A stretch of 18,024 nt of DNA from an uncultured archaeon (GCA_964486045.1 CAZALK010000031.1:1-18024); one strand, 5' to 3'; positions 1-8,529 are shown, counted from the first letter of the stretch. Numbers and translations are program-made. Notes: a model not told the origin generated them from the letters alone.

Positions 1-3000
1 AAAAAGCAAGCAAAAAAACCAGCGGAAAAATCTGAAAAAAAAATTTCTTCTGAAAGTAAAAAGGTTGTTAAAAAAATACCCAGTCAGAAAAAAAGGGAGA
101 AATCTAATGAAAAAAAGGATGAACTTGTAAAAAAGGAAATACAGGTACAAAAACCAGCATCAAAAAGCAAGGTTATAGCTCAACATCGTCAAAAAAAAAA
201 CCAGAAAATTCAAAAAAATATAGAAATGAAAAAAGAGTTACAGCAGAGATACCGTCAGGAAACAGGTAAAAGACCTCTTTATGCTAAAAAAGAAACCAAA
301 GAATTTTTAAAATGGTTGGAGAAACAAAAGAATTTAGCTCAAAAGAAGAAGGTGAAAAAAGAAATTGAAAAATCAAAAGAAAACTGGGAAGTTCTACTAG
401 AGAATTGGATTCAACAAGCTAATGAAGATGATATTTCAGGGGAAAACAAAAAAGAATTGATAGATATAATTCAGAAATATCGTTACTATAGACTGTTATA
501 CGAGAAATTAATTAAATTATTGAATAAAGCAAACCCTACAAATGACGACATTGAAATAATTGAGAATTTAAGTAAAAAGCTTGAAAAAATGACTAATATC
601 CAAGAAGAAATGTTTAAAAACCTGAGCGCTTTTCAAACATTTTATAATAATAAAATTAGGTGGTTTAAACATGAAATTCTTGCTGAAAAACTAAGATTCA
701 CCACGCATCTAACTCAAAAATTAAAGAAACTTAAAGAAACTGAAAAAAGAGGAAAAAATGAAAATCTATCCTTGGTCAGTAAAGACTGGAAGGAATTATT
801 AAGACATAAGCTAACATCTATAGAAGAATTAAGTGAAGAGTCTAAATCACAATTGAACCAAATAATACGAAAAAAAGACCTTACTGACAAAGATATAAAA
901 ATTATAGCTTCAATTTTGAAAAAACTTCATATTAATCAATTAATCGGAATTTTTGGAGATGCATTTGAAAAGCATACTAAAAACTACGTAAAATGGGGCT
1001 GGGATTATTATGAATATATAAAAAAAAATATGTTAATAGCATATTTCAATAAACTTGAATATAGAATTACAGAAATTTTAAAGCAAAATCTATATAAAAT
1101 TGGAGAATTGAGTTTGAATGAAAAATCTAAGATTATTAAGATTATTCAGAATGAAAACTTTGATGAAGAAAATAAAGCAACTCTAACTAATATATTAAAT
1201 AATCTAAGCATAGAAGATTTTAATTCTTTATTGGGAAAGGATTTTAAACCAGAAAAGAAAAGCAAAATCAAAATACCTAATTTTAAGCAAAAAGTAATGG
1301 GATTTCTTGATGAATTGATTAGCAAGATTAATGGCACAGTTAAGCAAAAAGATTTTTTAGGTTTAAAAGCCTCAACCGCTCTTAATGGCCTTATAATGAG
1401 AGCTAACTGTTCTGAAATAATTATCCCTAGTTACGCTAACCTTAAAATAATTGCAGGAGCTATTGTATACGCCATAATTCAATCAGAAAAAGACATTCCT
1501 AGACTTACTACCGGTAAAGAAATAATGGAAAAACTGAATATAAAACAAGGAAGTGTGCACGATTATTACCACATCCATTTGAAACATTTATATCCAAGAG
1601 CGAAAAAACAAAGTCAGATAGATAAAGAGATTAACAAATTGAAAAATATAAAATACTCAAAACATTATTTTACGAGTATTAGAGGAATCCAAAGGATAAG
1701 AGAAATCATTTCTCTTTGTTTTTTTGATATATTAGTCAAAAGTGAGGTTGCAACAAAAGATCTTGTGTCTTACTTAAAAAACATAATAAAGAAGAAGACT
1801 AAACTTCCTATACAATTAACTCATGATGATATTTTAATTCTACAAAAACTAAGTAAACATCCCGATTTTGATGATTATTTTTCTGATTTAGGTGAGATTG
1901 TTAAATATTTAATTACTTCCAGTAGAATGCATAAAAAGATAGGCGCTCATTTAATAATCTCTTATACAGCGAAAACATTGATGGAAAAAGGTGTTAATTT
2001 ATTTCAAACTGCAAAAACTTTTCATATTACTCTTATAAATATATTTGATTGTTTGAAAGAAAATTACAATGATTTTTTACCAACGCGTTCATCTATTGAG
2101 TTTACAACCATAGAAAAGAGGGAGCGCTGGGCGATTGACAGAGAAAGAGCATATATAATTGGGAGTAGAATAAAACTATTTATAATTAAAAATATTTATA
2201 GCGGAAAATACAATAAAAATGGAAAAACCCAATGTTCAGAATGTAATAAAGAAGGATTTACAATAAATACAGACATTTCAAGGCTAGAGGCCATGGAATT
2301 TAATCATATAAGTGGAAATAAAATTTATGAATACACCAAAAAAGTCTTTTATGATTTATTTACTCAAAGCTATGGAGATCCTGATTTTTTAGAGAAACTA
2401 ATTTTTAAAATGGAATCCGAAAAAGTTGAATTAATATGTAGAAATCATCATAATTTACATCATAGTAAATATTTTAAATATTTTAAATATCTTATCAACT
2501 GGAATGAAATGTTTTCATTATCGCCTGTATTAATTCATTTAGTTATCAGAATTGCTGTAAACAGTTTTCATTTAACTAAAAACTTCCCAAAACAATTGAA
2601 AAGCAATATTCGGAGATCTATTATAATCGATTTAAAAAGGAGATATATAATAAATACATTATATTCTGGAAAATGCCCAATTTGTGAAGAATTTAATGCA
2701 AAAGATCATATATCTGTATTTCAAGGACATCATGAAATTCATGGTATCAAGAAACGAGAAGTTTCTAATTTGTTCTATATCGGTCTTTCTTGTTCTGAGA
2801 TTGTAAAAATTTTAAAAGCAGAACATGTAGGTTTTATATGCGGAAATTGCCATACTGTTATTCAATATGTCAGAGATGAATCTATTTTAAATCAAATTTA
2901 TGATAATAAAGAAATTGTTAATAAAATTATTGCTGATTATAAACAAGTTCACAGAAAATTTAAAACCATAAATGATGAAAAATCATTAATTAAAGATCCT

Positions 3001-3291
3001 TTAAAGAAGGCGCCTTTGATTAATGACAACTTTATCAAATACTTATTTTCAATTAATGAAACTTCTAAATCTGAACGGGAAATTAATGCTAATGTTTTAT
3101 CAAGATACTTAGGAGTATCTACCGGCGCTGTACGCCATTTTCTTTATGATAGAGGTGATCTCCTCAAACCATTTATTAAAGTTGTTCAGGATAAACCGAA
3201 GACTCTAAAGCGATATTCTTTAACGGATTATGGTAAAAAAGCGATTGCTTTATTACAGCATTTTAGAGATTATTACAGATCATCACAATAA
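1..3291 (+). CDS. Large multidomain putative nucleic-acid-binding protein/nuclease, 5'-partial: K/E-rich N-terminus, helical repeats, TFIIB-like cyclin/HTH segment, two tandem HNH-like Zn-binding domains, C-terminal winged helix
   Basis: Frame +1 is open from base 1 (KKQAKKPAEKSEKK...) through the listed ATG at 226 to TAA at 3291, so the true start probably lies upstream of the window. Motifs: CSEC...MEFNH...LICRNHH (2233-2451); CPIC...FQGHH...FICGNCH (2674-2853); NLKIIAGAIVYA...TGKEIMEKLNIKQGSV (about 1438-1560); INANVLSRYLGVSTGAV...YSLTDYGK (about 3082-3240). Confidence 0.7.
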   Translation, partial: KKQAKKPAEKSEKKISSESKKVVKKIPSQKKREKSNEKKDELVKKEIQVQKPASKSKVIAQHRQKKNQKIQKNIEMKKELQQRYRQETGKRPLYAKKETKEFLKWLEKQKNLAQKKKVKKEIEKSKENWEVLLENWIQQANEDDISGENKKELIDIIQKYRYYRLLYEKLIKLLNKANPTNDDIEIIENLSKKLEKMTNIQEEMFKNLSAFQTFYNNKIRWFKHEILAEKLRFTTHLTQKLKKLKETEKRGKNENLSLVSKDWKELLRHKLTSIEELSEESKSQLNQIIRKKDLTDKDIKIIASILKKLHINQLIGIFGDAFEKHTKNYVKWGWDYYEYIKKNMLIAYFNKLEYRITEILKQNLYKIGELSLNEKSKIIKIIQNENFDEENKATLTNILNNLSIEDFNSLLGKDFKPEKKSKIKIPNFKQKVMGFLDELISKINGTVKQKDFLGLKASTALNGLIMRANCSEIIIPSYANLKIIAGAIVYAIIQSEKDIPRLTTGKEIMEKLNIKQGSVHDYYHIHLKHLYPRAKKQSQIDKEINKLKNIKYSKHYFTSIRGIQRIREIISLCFFDILVKSEVATKDLVSYLKNIIKKKTKLPIQLTHDDILILQKLSKHPDFDDYFSDLGEIVKYLITSSRMHKKIGAHLIISYTAKTLMEKGVNLFQTAKTFHITLINIFDCLKENYNDFLPTRSSIEFTTIEKRERWAIDRERAYIIGSRIKLFIIKNIYSGKYNKNGKTQCSECNKEGFTINTDISRLEAMEFNHISGNKIYEYTKKVFYDLFTQSYGDPDFLEKLIFKMESEKVELICRNHHNLHHSKYFKYFKYLINWNEMFSLSPVLIHLVIRIAVNSFHLTKNFPKQLKSNIRRSIIIDLKRRYIINTLYSGKCPICEEFNAKDHISVFQGHHEIHGIKKREVSNLFYIGLSCSEIVKILKAEHVGFICGNCHTVIQYVRDESILNQIYDNKEIVNKIIADYKQVHRKFKTINDEKSLIKDPLKKAPLINDNFIKYLFSINETSKSEREINANVLSRYLGVSTGAVRHFLYDRGDLLKPFIKVVQDKPKTLKRYSLTDYGKKAIALLQHFRDYYRSSQ
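787..1245 (+). repeat. Two diverged 60-aa helical repeats within the large ORF (787-966 and 1066-1245); weaker partial copy from about 385
   Basis: Gapless manual alignment of WKELLRHKLTSIEELSEESKSQ...IFGDAF with ITEILKQNLYKIGELSLNEKSK...LLGKDF gives 17/60 identities with a conserved hydrophobic pattern. Confidence 0.65.
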
Positions 3292-3303
3292 ATATCCTTT
3301 CAT

Positions 3304-3705
3304 TTACTCTTGTGGGATTAAATCTCTGCTAGCAATAATATTAATTTCCAGACCTAACACATTTTCAATCATGACATCTCCCATTTTAATTGGAGCTTTT
3401 ACTTTCATTTTTGCTATTTCTCTTAAAGCTGCGGTTAATTTTTCTTTGGGAATAGCACTATTAGACCTGACTGGTATCAAGGGTAAAAATCCATTTTCCA
3501 CCCGCATTGTTGTCGTTAGAATCCGTTTTGGGGAAATAAATTCATCTCGCGAATACACTTCACCTCTCTTACAAGAATGACCCTCAATTATTAACTCTCC
3601 GTTCACATTTTCAACATGGACAAGACAGCCTGTAGGACACACTATACAACGGATTTCTTTACTTCCTTCTGGAATTTCTGACTCTGACATTTTCTTTACC
3701 ATCAA
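3304..3705 (-). CDS. DUF1667-family small Cys-rich (putative Fe-S/Zn) protein, third gene of the GlpA-like operon
   Basis: CIVCPTGC...GHSCKRG and P-x-R-x-LTTT motifs; lies 2 nt downstream of the oxidoreductase stop. The listed start is TTG; ATG at 3702 or 3690 is equally plausible. Confidence 0.85.
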   Translation of the reverse strand: MMVKKMSESEIPEGSKEIRCIVCPTGCLVHVENVNGELIIEGHSCKRGEVYSRDEFISPKRILTTTMRVENGFLPLIPVRSNSAIPKEKLTAALREIAKMKVKAPIKMGDVMIENVLGLEINIIASRDLIPQE

Positions 3706-3707
3706 AC

Positions 3708-5006
3708 TTAATTTTCTTCAATTAAAACCTCTGGACGAGGTATAACCTCTATTTCTATATTTTTGCAACCAGGATCGATTTGTAATTCGCTTAAATTTAA
3801 TTTTAATTCAAGCATCTCACTGGGGATCACATATCTTCTCTTCTTTTTATATAAAACCTTGTTATTCTCATCTTTAAACTGAATTTGAATTCTTCTGTCT
3901 GGTCTTTTTACTCGGAATGTGAATATTATATCCTTTGATAAATTTGCTTTATTTATTAAATCGGGTTTTACGTACTTAACATTTTCTCCTGGGTGGCATT
4001 TTATCTGCGCTTTTTTTCCTATTTCATTACTATATCGTTCTTTAACATATTCAATGGCATTAAATCCCGCTCGTTTTGCTTCAGCAGTCACGAGGTCAAC
4101 TAGATCATGAACTTGCAATACATTACCACAAGCAAATATTCCCTCTATAGTAGTCTCCAAGTTATTATCCACAACGGGACCACCCATATCCGAAATCTTA
4201 GCGCCTGCTTCTCGTGTTAACTCATTTTCGGGGATCAAGCCTACAGATAATAATAGAGTATCACATTCAATAAATTTCTCAGAGCCTATTACTCGATCGA
4301 AGTTGCGATCGACCTTACTCACGGTTAAACCTTTCAGCCGGTCCACCCCATGAATTTTAGTTACAGTATAGCTAGTGATAAGCGGAATTCCAAAATCCTC
4401 TAAGCATTGTACTTGATTTCTAATTAAGCCACTTACGTAGGGGAGAATTTCAACAACAGCTTTTACTTGACATCCTTCCCATGTTAAGCGTCGAGCCATT
4501 ATCATACCAATATCTCCACTCCCCAGGATTACATAGGATCTCCCCGGGAGATAACCTTCAATATTTACGAATCTCTGGGCTTGTCCAGCAGTATATATTC
4601 CGGCAGGACGAAAACCAGGCATATTAATTGCTCCTCGTGTTCTTTCACGGCACCCCATAGCAAGTATGATTGCTTTAGCTTTGATTTCAATAAGCCCTTC
4701 TTTATTATTTACAGCATATACTGTCTTATCCGGTGTTACCTCAATTACCATTGTATCTAATTTATATGAGATTTTCAGCTCTTTAACTTGATTAATGAAT
4801 CTTTGAACATATTCTGGTCCCGTTAATTCTTCTTCAAATTCATGTAGTCCAAATCCATTATGGATGCACTGAAGGGTGATTCCTCCTAATTCCTTATCGC
4901 GCTCCAAAATTACAACATTTAATTCGGCTTTTTTCACAACAATAGAAGCAGCTAGACCCGCAGAACCCCCTCCAATCACTAGAACATCTACTTGGTAACT
5001 TTTCAT
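3708..5006 (-). CDS. NAD(P)/FAD-dependent oxidoreductase (pyridine nucleotide-disulfide oxidoreductase-like partner of GlpA-like flavoprotein)
   Basis: N-terminal GGGSAG FAD motif, LGGITLQCIHNGFG, LAMGCRER, second Rossmann motif ILGSGDIG, GIFACGN; ATGA overlap with the upstream gene at 5003-5006. Confidence 0.9.
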   Translation of the reverse strand: MKSYQVDVLVIGGGSAGLAASIVVKKAELNVVILERDKELGGITLQCIHNGFGLHEFEEELTGPEYVQRFINQVKELKISYKLDTMVIEVTPDKTVYAVNNKEGLIEIKAKAIILAMGCRERTRGAINMPGFRPAGIYTAGQAQRFVNIEGYLPGRSYVILGSGDIGMIMARRLTWEGCQVKAVVEILPYVSGLIRNQVQCLEDFGIPLITSYTVTKIHGVDRLKGLTVSKVDRNFDRVIGSEKFIECDTLLLSVGLIPENELTREAGAKISDMGGPVVDNNLETTIEGIFACGNVLQVHDLVDLVTAEAKRAGFNAIEYVKERYSNEIGKKAQIKCHPGENVKYVKPDLINKANLSKDIIFTFRVKRPDRRIQIQFKDENNKVLYKKKRRYVIPSEMLELKLNLSELQIDPGCKNIEIEVIPRPEVLIEEN

Positions 5007-6475
5007 TCTTGAATAGCACCTCCAGGAGCATCTCTTAAAGTAATATCTTTAGTTTTTCCAATGAGAATATTCGTGTCTTCCCCTCTTTTTGTTATTTCTT
5101 CATATCTCAAACCTAACTCCCTTGCTAGTATCTCAATAACGCGTGGGCGACAAAAACCTCCTTGGCATCTACCCATACCTGGCCTACAACGGAACTTAAT
5201 TCCATCAACAGTCTTAGCCCCAACAGGAGCGTGGATTGCATCAATTATTTCTTTTTCAGGGATTGTTTCACAACGGCAAATAATTTTTCCCCAAGCAGGG
5301 TTATCATGTATTTTAGCATCAAGTTCTTCTTTAGTGAAATCTTTGAAGCGATCTGGTTTAGGACGAATAGGATTATAATCCTGGCGTTTTTCTAATCTTA
5401 TTCCTAACAATTCGAGATAATCAACGACTTTTTCAGCTATAGCAAAGGTTGACGTTAACCCAGGTGATAAAATACCTGCAACATTAATGAAACCAAAAAC
5501 ATCTGTATTGTCTATGATAAAGTCATATGTATCTGGAACAGCTCTAAGACCAGCAAAATTTCTAATAGAACTCCTCAAAGGTAGAGTGGGAACTAAAATT
5601 TTACCACCCTCCAAAATTTCTTTTAACCCGGCTGTAGATGTTGACAAATCTTCACGATCAGTTATGTTTTGGGCATTAGGGCCAATAAAAGTATTTCCAT
5701 GTAGTGTAGGGCAGACCAATATTCCCTTTGAGACTTTGGTAGCCATAGGGAAAAGCACCTTGTTTAGCTGGATAGCATTTCTATCAAATAATATATATTC
5801 ACCCTTCCGGGGTAATATACTGAAATAATCTAATCCTAGCATTTTTGAGATTTGTGAAGCGTATAGTCCTGCTGCATTAATTAAATATCTTCCTTGGAAC
5901 TCTCCTTCAGAAGTTTTTAAAGTAAATAAATAATCTTGATGTTTGATTTTTATAACTTCATGATTCCTGAAAAACCGAACTCCATTAAGAGCAGCGTTTT
6001 CTGCTAAAGCAAATGTTAATTCGTAAGGACTTGCAATGCCTGCAGAGGGTGCGTGCAAAACACCAACAACATCTTTAGTTAAACTTGGTTCCATCTCCAA
6101 TATTATATCTTTATCTAAGATTAATTCTAGATCGGGTATTCCATCTTCAATGCCTTTTTTCCTTACTTCATCTAATTTTTTAATCTGATCATCTTCTAAA
6201 GCAACTACAAAAGACCCGATTCGTTTAAATGGGAAGTTCAACTCCTTTACTGCTTGGGTATAAAGGTTATTTCCTTTGATACAGAGGTGGCGTTTAATAA
6301 ATTCTCTAGGAGAAGAATAACCAGCATGTATAACCCCAGAGTTAGCTTTAGTGGTCCCTGAAGCAATCTCTGCTTCTTTTTCTATCACACATATCTTTAG
6401 ATCGTACTTTGAAAGAGTTCGAGCTATACAGCAACCAGTGACTCCACCACCTATTATGATAACATCGTAAATCAA
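5003..6475 (-). CDS. FAD-dependent oxidoreductase, GlpA/LhgO-like (probable glycerol-3-phosphate dehydrogenase subunit) with C-terminal BFD-like [2Fe-2S] domain
   Basis: IIGGGVTG, GTTKANSGVIHAG, FAGLR, SPGLTS, and C-terminal ICRCE...RCRPGMGRCQGGFC; TTG start. The substrate is inferred from family and operon context only. Confidence 0.85.
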   Translation of the reverse strand: MIYDVIIIGGGVTGCCIARTLSKYDLKICVIEKEAEIASGTTKANSGVIHAGYSSPREFIKRHLCIKGNNLYTQAVKELNFPFKRIGSFVVALEDDQIKKLDEVRKKGIEDGIPDLELILDKDIILEMEPSLTKDVVGVLHAPSAGIASPYELTFALAENAALNGVRFFRNHEVIKIKHQDYLFTLKTSEGEFQGRYLINAAGLYASQISKMLGLDYFSILPRKGEYILFDRNAIQLNKVLFPMATKVSKGILVCPTLHGNTFIGPNAQNITDREDLSTSTAGLKEILEGGKILVPTLPLRSSIRNFAGLRAVPDTYDFIIDNTDVFGFINVAGILSPGLTSTFAIAEKVVDYLELLGIRLEKRQDYNPIRPKPDRFKDFTKEELDAKIHDNPAWGKIICRCETIPEKEIIDAIHAPVGAKTVDGIKFRCRPGMGRCQGGFCRPRVIEILARELGLRYEEITKRGEDTNILIGKTKDITLRDAPGGAIQE

Positions 6476-6610
6476 ATGTAGGAAACCCTTTCAACTAAAG
6501 TTGTTTTTTCAATAATATCTTTAAATAAATTCTAATCTTGAAGAATTTAAATACCTTTTAAATTTAGCATAAGGAAAACTAGATATATTTGGATCAGTAT
6601 TTTTATCCCT

Positions 6611-6931
6611 TTAAAAAATATAAACTGCGAGAAACCAGATTAAGTTAAAAATAATGACTGATAATATCAAAATTTTCGTTATTGGATTAAACATCGTATT
6701 TTTTAACGAGCGTGTAAGGTTCAATTCATGCTCATTAGCCAGTAGTTCTTTAACTTGGGAATAACTAGGATTCATTTCTTTTTTCAGATGAATAGAGCCA
6801 ACAAATTTTGGATTCGATAAATTATTGATAATGTGAGCAATATTATTGAAAGGGTTTAAATTTTTTCTATTAACTGACATATATTCCTTATTTTCCATAG
6901 AGTTTTTCTTTTTGTTTTCTATCTCTTTCAT
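6611..6931 (-). CDS. Hypothetical small tail-anchored membrane protein
   Basis: 106-aa ORF with a hydrophilic N/K-rich body and one hydrophobic helix at the extreme C-terminus (ILILSVIIFNLIWFLAVYIF); co-oriented with neighbours. Confidence 0.6.
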   Translation of the reverse strand: MKEIENKKKNSMENKEYMSVNRKNLNPFNNIAHIINNLSNPKFVGSIHLKKEMNPSYSQVKELLANEHELNLTRSLKNTMFNPITKILILSVIIFNLIWFLAVYIF

Positions 6932-7077
6932 ATTTTTTTTCCTTTAACGGAAATTCTTTAGTATCTGATTCAATATTAACATATCTAAATTCTCTTAAAA
7001 TTTTTGTGGTTATGAAACTAAAACACAAAATATTCATGGAAAAAGAGTTGAAAAATATAGTCAACAATGCATTAATA

Positions 7078-7470
7078 CTATTTTTTGTTATCTTCTAATG
7101 ATTTCTTAATTGAAGTAGTGAAAGTATCGAAAAGACCTACATTACTATCCCATTTCTTTAACATTTCTTCTGGGTATAATGCAAAAAAATTCTCCGAAAC
7201 ATCATCTAATTCTTTTTGAACTTTTTTTATCTTTATCTTGCTTGAGGAATTCGCAACAAAAATAAAATGGTTTTTTTTTAATATTGAAAAACGAAGATTA
7301 CTTAACTCGAAATTCGAAATCCCACCTTCAGTAAGTTTTTCTGCAAATGTATTTAGAGCACTCATGAGAGCTCCAAATAGTTGAGGATTAACTCTTGGAT
7401 CTATCACACGGCTATAGACAGTCGTGCCACTCTCAGTTAAAATCCATAAATCTCTTATTAGTTTTGCCAT
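7078..7470 (-). CDS. Stand-alone longin-like domain protein (Asgard eukaryotic-signature type)
   Basis: 130 aa with longin-like order beta-beta-alpha-beta-beta-beta-alpha-alpha: IRDLWILTESGTTVYSR hairpin, QLFGALMSALNTFA helix, FIFVA strand, L..V...F...Y helix, terminal F..F...I helix. Confidence 0.75.
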   Translation of the reverse strand: MAKLIRDLWILTESGTTVYSRVIDPRVNPQLFGALMSALNTFAEKLTEGGISNFELSNLRFSILKKNHFIFVANSSSKIKIKKVQKELDDVSENFFALYPEEMLKKWDSNVGLFDTFTTSIKKSLEDNKK

Positions 7471-7632
7471 ATTAACTACCAGATAGAGTACGATTCCACT
7501 TCATTTCCTTGTGCTAAGTTTTAGCTAATTTTAGAATTATAATCTTATGCTGACTAAAGAATTTAATGATCTACAAAATTAAGAATTACTTTTTTTGAAT
7601 GGTATTTAATTTTAGTAGAAAATTAGTTTCTT

Positions 7633-8529
7633 TTATAATAACGTCCTTAGTATCTCTTTAATATGATTTACAGCTGTAGAAAGGTGTGCTTCACCAGCAT
7701 AAAATTTGGCTTCGCAGCTAGGAATTTCTTGACATAAAGCTTGTGCCATCTTTTTTGGAACGCTTGTGTCTAAATCACCATGCCATAGATAAACCTTAAC
7801 CTCTGGAGAAATTTCATTTAATCTAAATTCCCAGGGTTTGACAAATAATTGGGCTTCATGAAAAGGACCCATTATACCTTGACGAAAAGGTTCAGTCATT
7901 AAAGGCAAATACATGCTAAGTTTTTCTCTATCCTCAAAAAACTTCTTATCTGGCTCAGGTAAATTTTTACCTCTTTTCCGGAACATTTTGATTATTTTTT
8001 CGATGTCTTTCTTCACCAATTTTTTTGAAAATTTTGCTTGAAGTTTAAACAATAATTTCAAACGTTTTGGATGTTTTTGCGCTAGTTTTAATTCCCTTCT
8101 ATTATTTTTAGCCATACCTTCAATTCCTAATTCAATCGGTCCTAATCCCGAAATAATTCCACAAGTAACTACACGTTTTGGATTCTTATAAGCACAAGCT
8201 AAGGCAAAAGGAGCACCACCTGAACCTCCTAACACCGAAAATTTATCAATATCAAGTGAATTTGCAAATTCTATTATGTCAGAGGACCAACTAAGAAATG
8301 AATGGTCTGGTGTAAAGTCCGATAAACCAAACCCCGGTCTGTCAGCTGCTATTATATGGACCTGATTTTTTATCTCTTCAATATCATATATTTTAGGCTC
8401 AAGTCGAGAAGATCGATGACCATGAAAGTAAAAAATGGGTTTTCCAGTAACGTTTCCATACTCCGCATATCCAATTTTACGTCCATCTCCTAAAGTAAAT
8501 AATTGATTTAATAACTCTTCTTCTATCAT
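7633..8529 (-). CDS. Alpha/beta fold hydrolase (soluble)
   Basis: YFHG oxyanion motif, DRPGFGLS, nucleophile elbow GGSGGAP, WHGDLDTSVP acid motif, EAH catalytic His. Confidence 0.9.
   Translation of the reverse strand: MIEEELLNQLFTLGDGRKIGYAEYGNVTGKPIFYFHGHRSSRLEPKIYDIEEIKNQVHIIAADRPGFGLSDFTPDHSFLSWSSDIIEFANSLDIDKFSVLGGSGGAPFALACAYKNPKRVVTCGIISGLGPIELGIEGMAKNNRRELKLAQKHPKRLKLLFKLQAKFSKKLVKKDIEKIIKMFRKRGKNLPEPDKKFFEDREKLSMYLPLMTEPFRQGIMGPFHEAQLFVKPWEFRLNEISPEVKVYLWHGDLDTSVPKKMAQALCQEIPSCEAKFYAGEAHLSTAVNHIKEILRTLL

Noticed and set aside
1146-1337. Minus-strand 63-aa ORF
   Set aside because: Antisense to the large ORF; its hydrophobicity is explained by the complement of A-rich codons.
1-3291. 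Large ORF as Cas9/IscB/TnpB-like RNA-guided nuclease or transposase
   Set aside because: No RuvC or DDE motifs recognised, no array, and only 12 nt separate it from the convergent gene, leaving no room for a 3' guide RNA or terminal repeat. The upstream side is not visible.
3230-5828. Plus-strand ORFs 3230-3580, 3919-4110, 5061-5378, 5162-5395 and 5487-5828
   Set aside because: Antisense shadows of the well-supported minus-strand oxidoreductase operon; no motifs.
6670-6700. NPIT preceding the C-terminal TM helix in both the 106-aa protein and the surface protein as a shared sorting signal
   Set aside because: Only four residues in two proteins; Asn-Pro is a common helix N-cap, so chance is sufficient.
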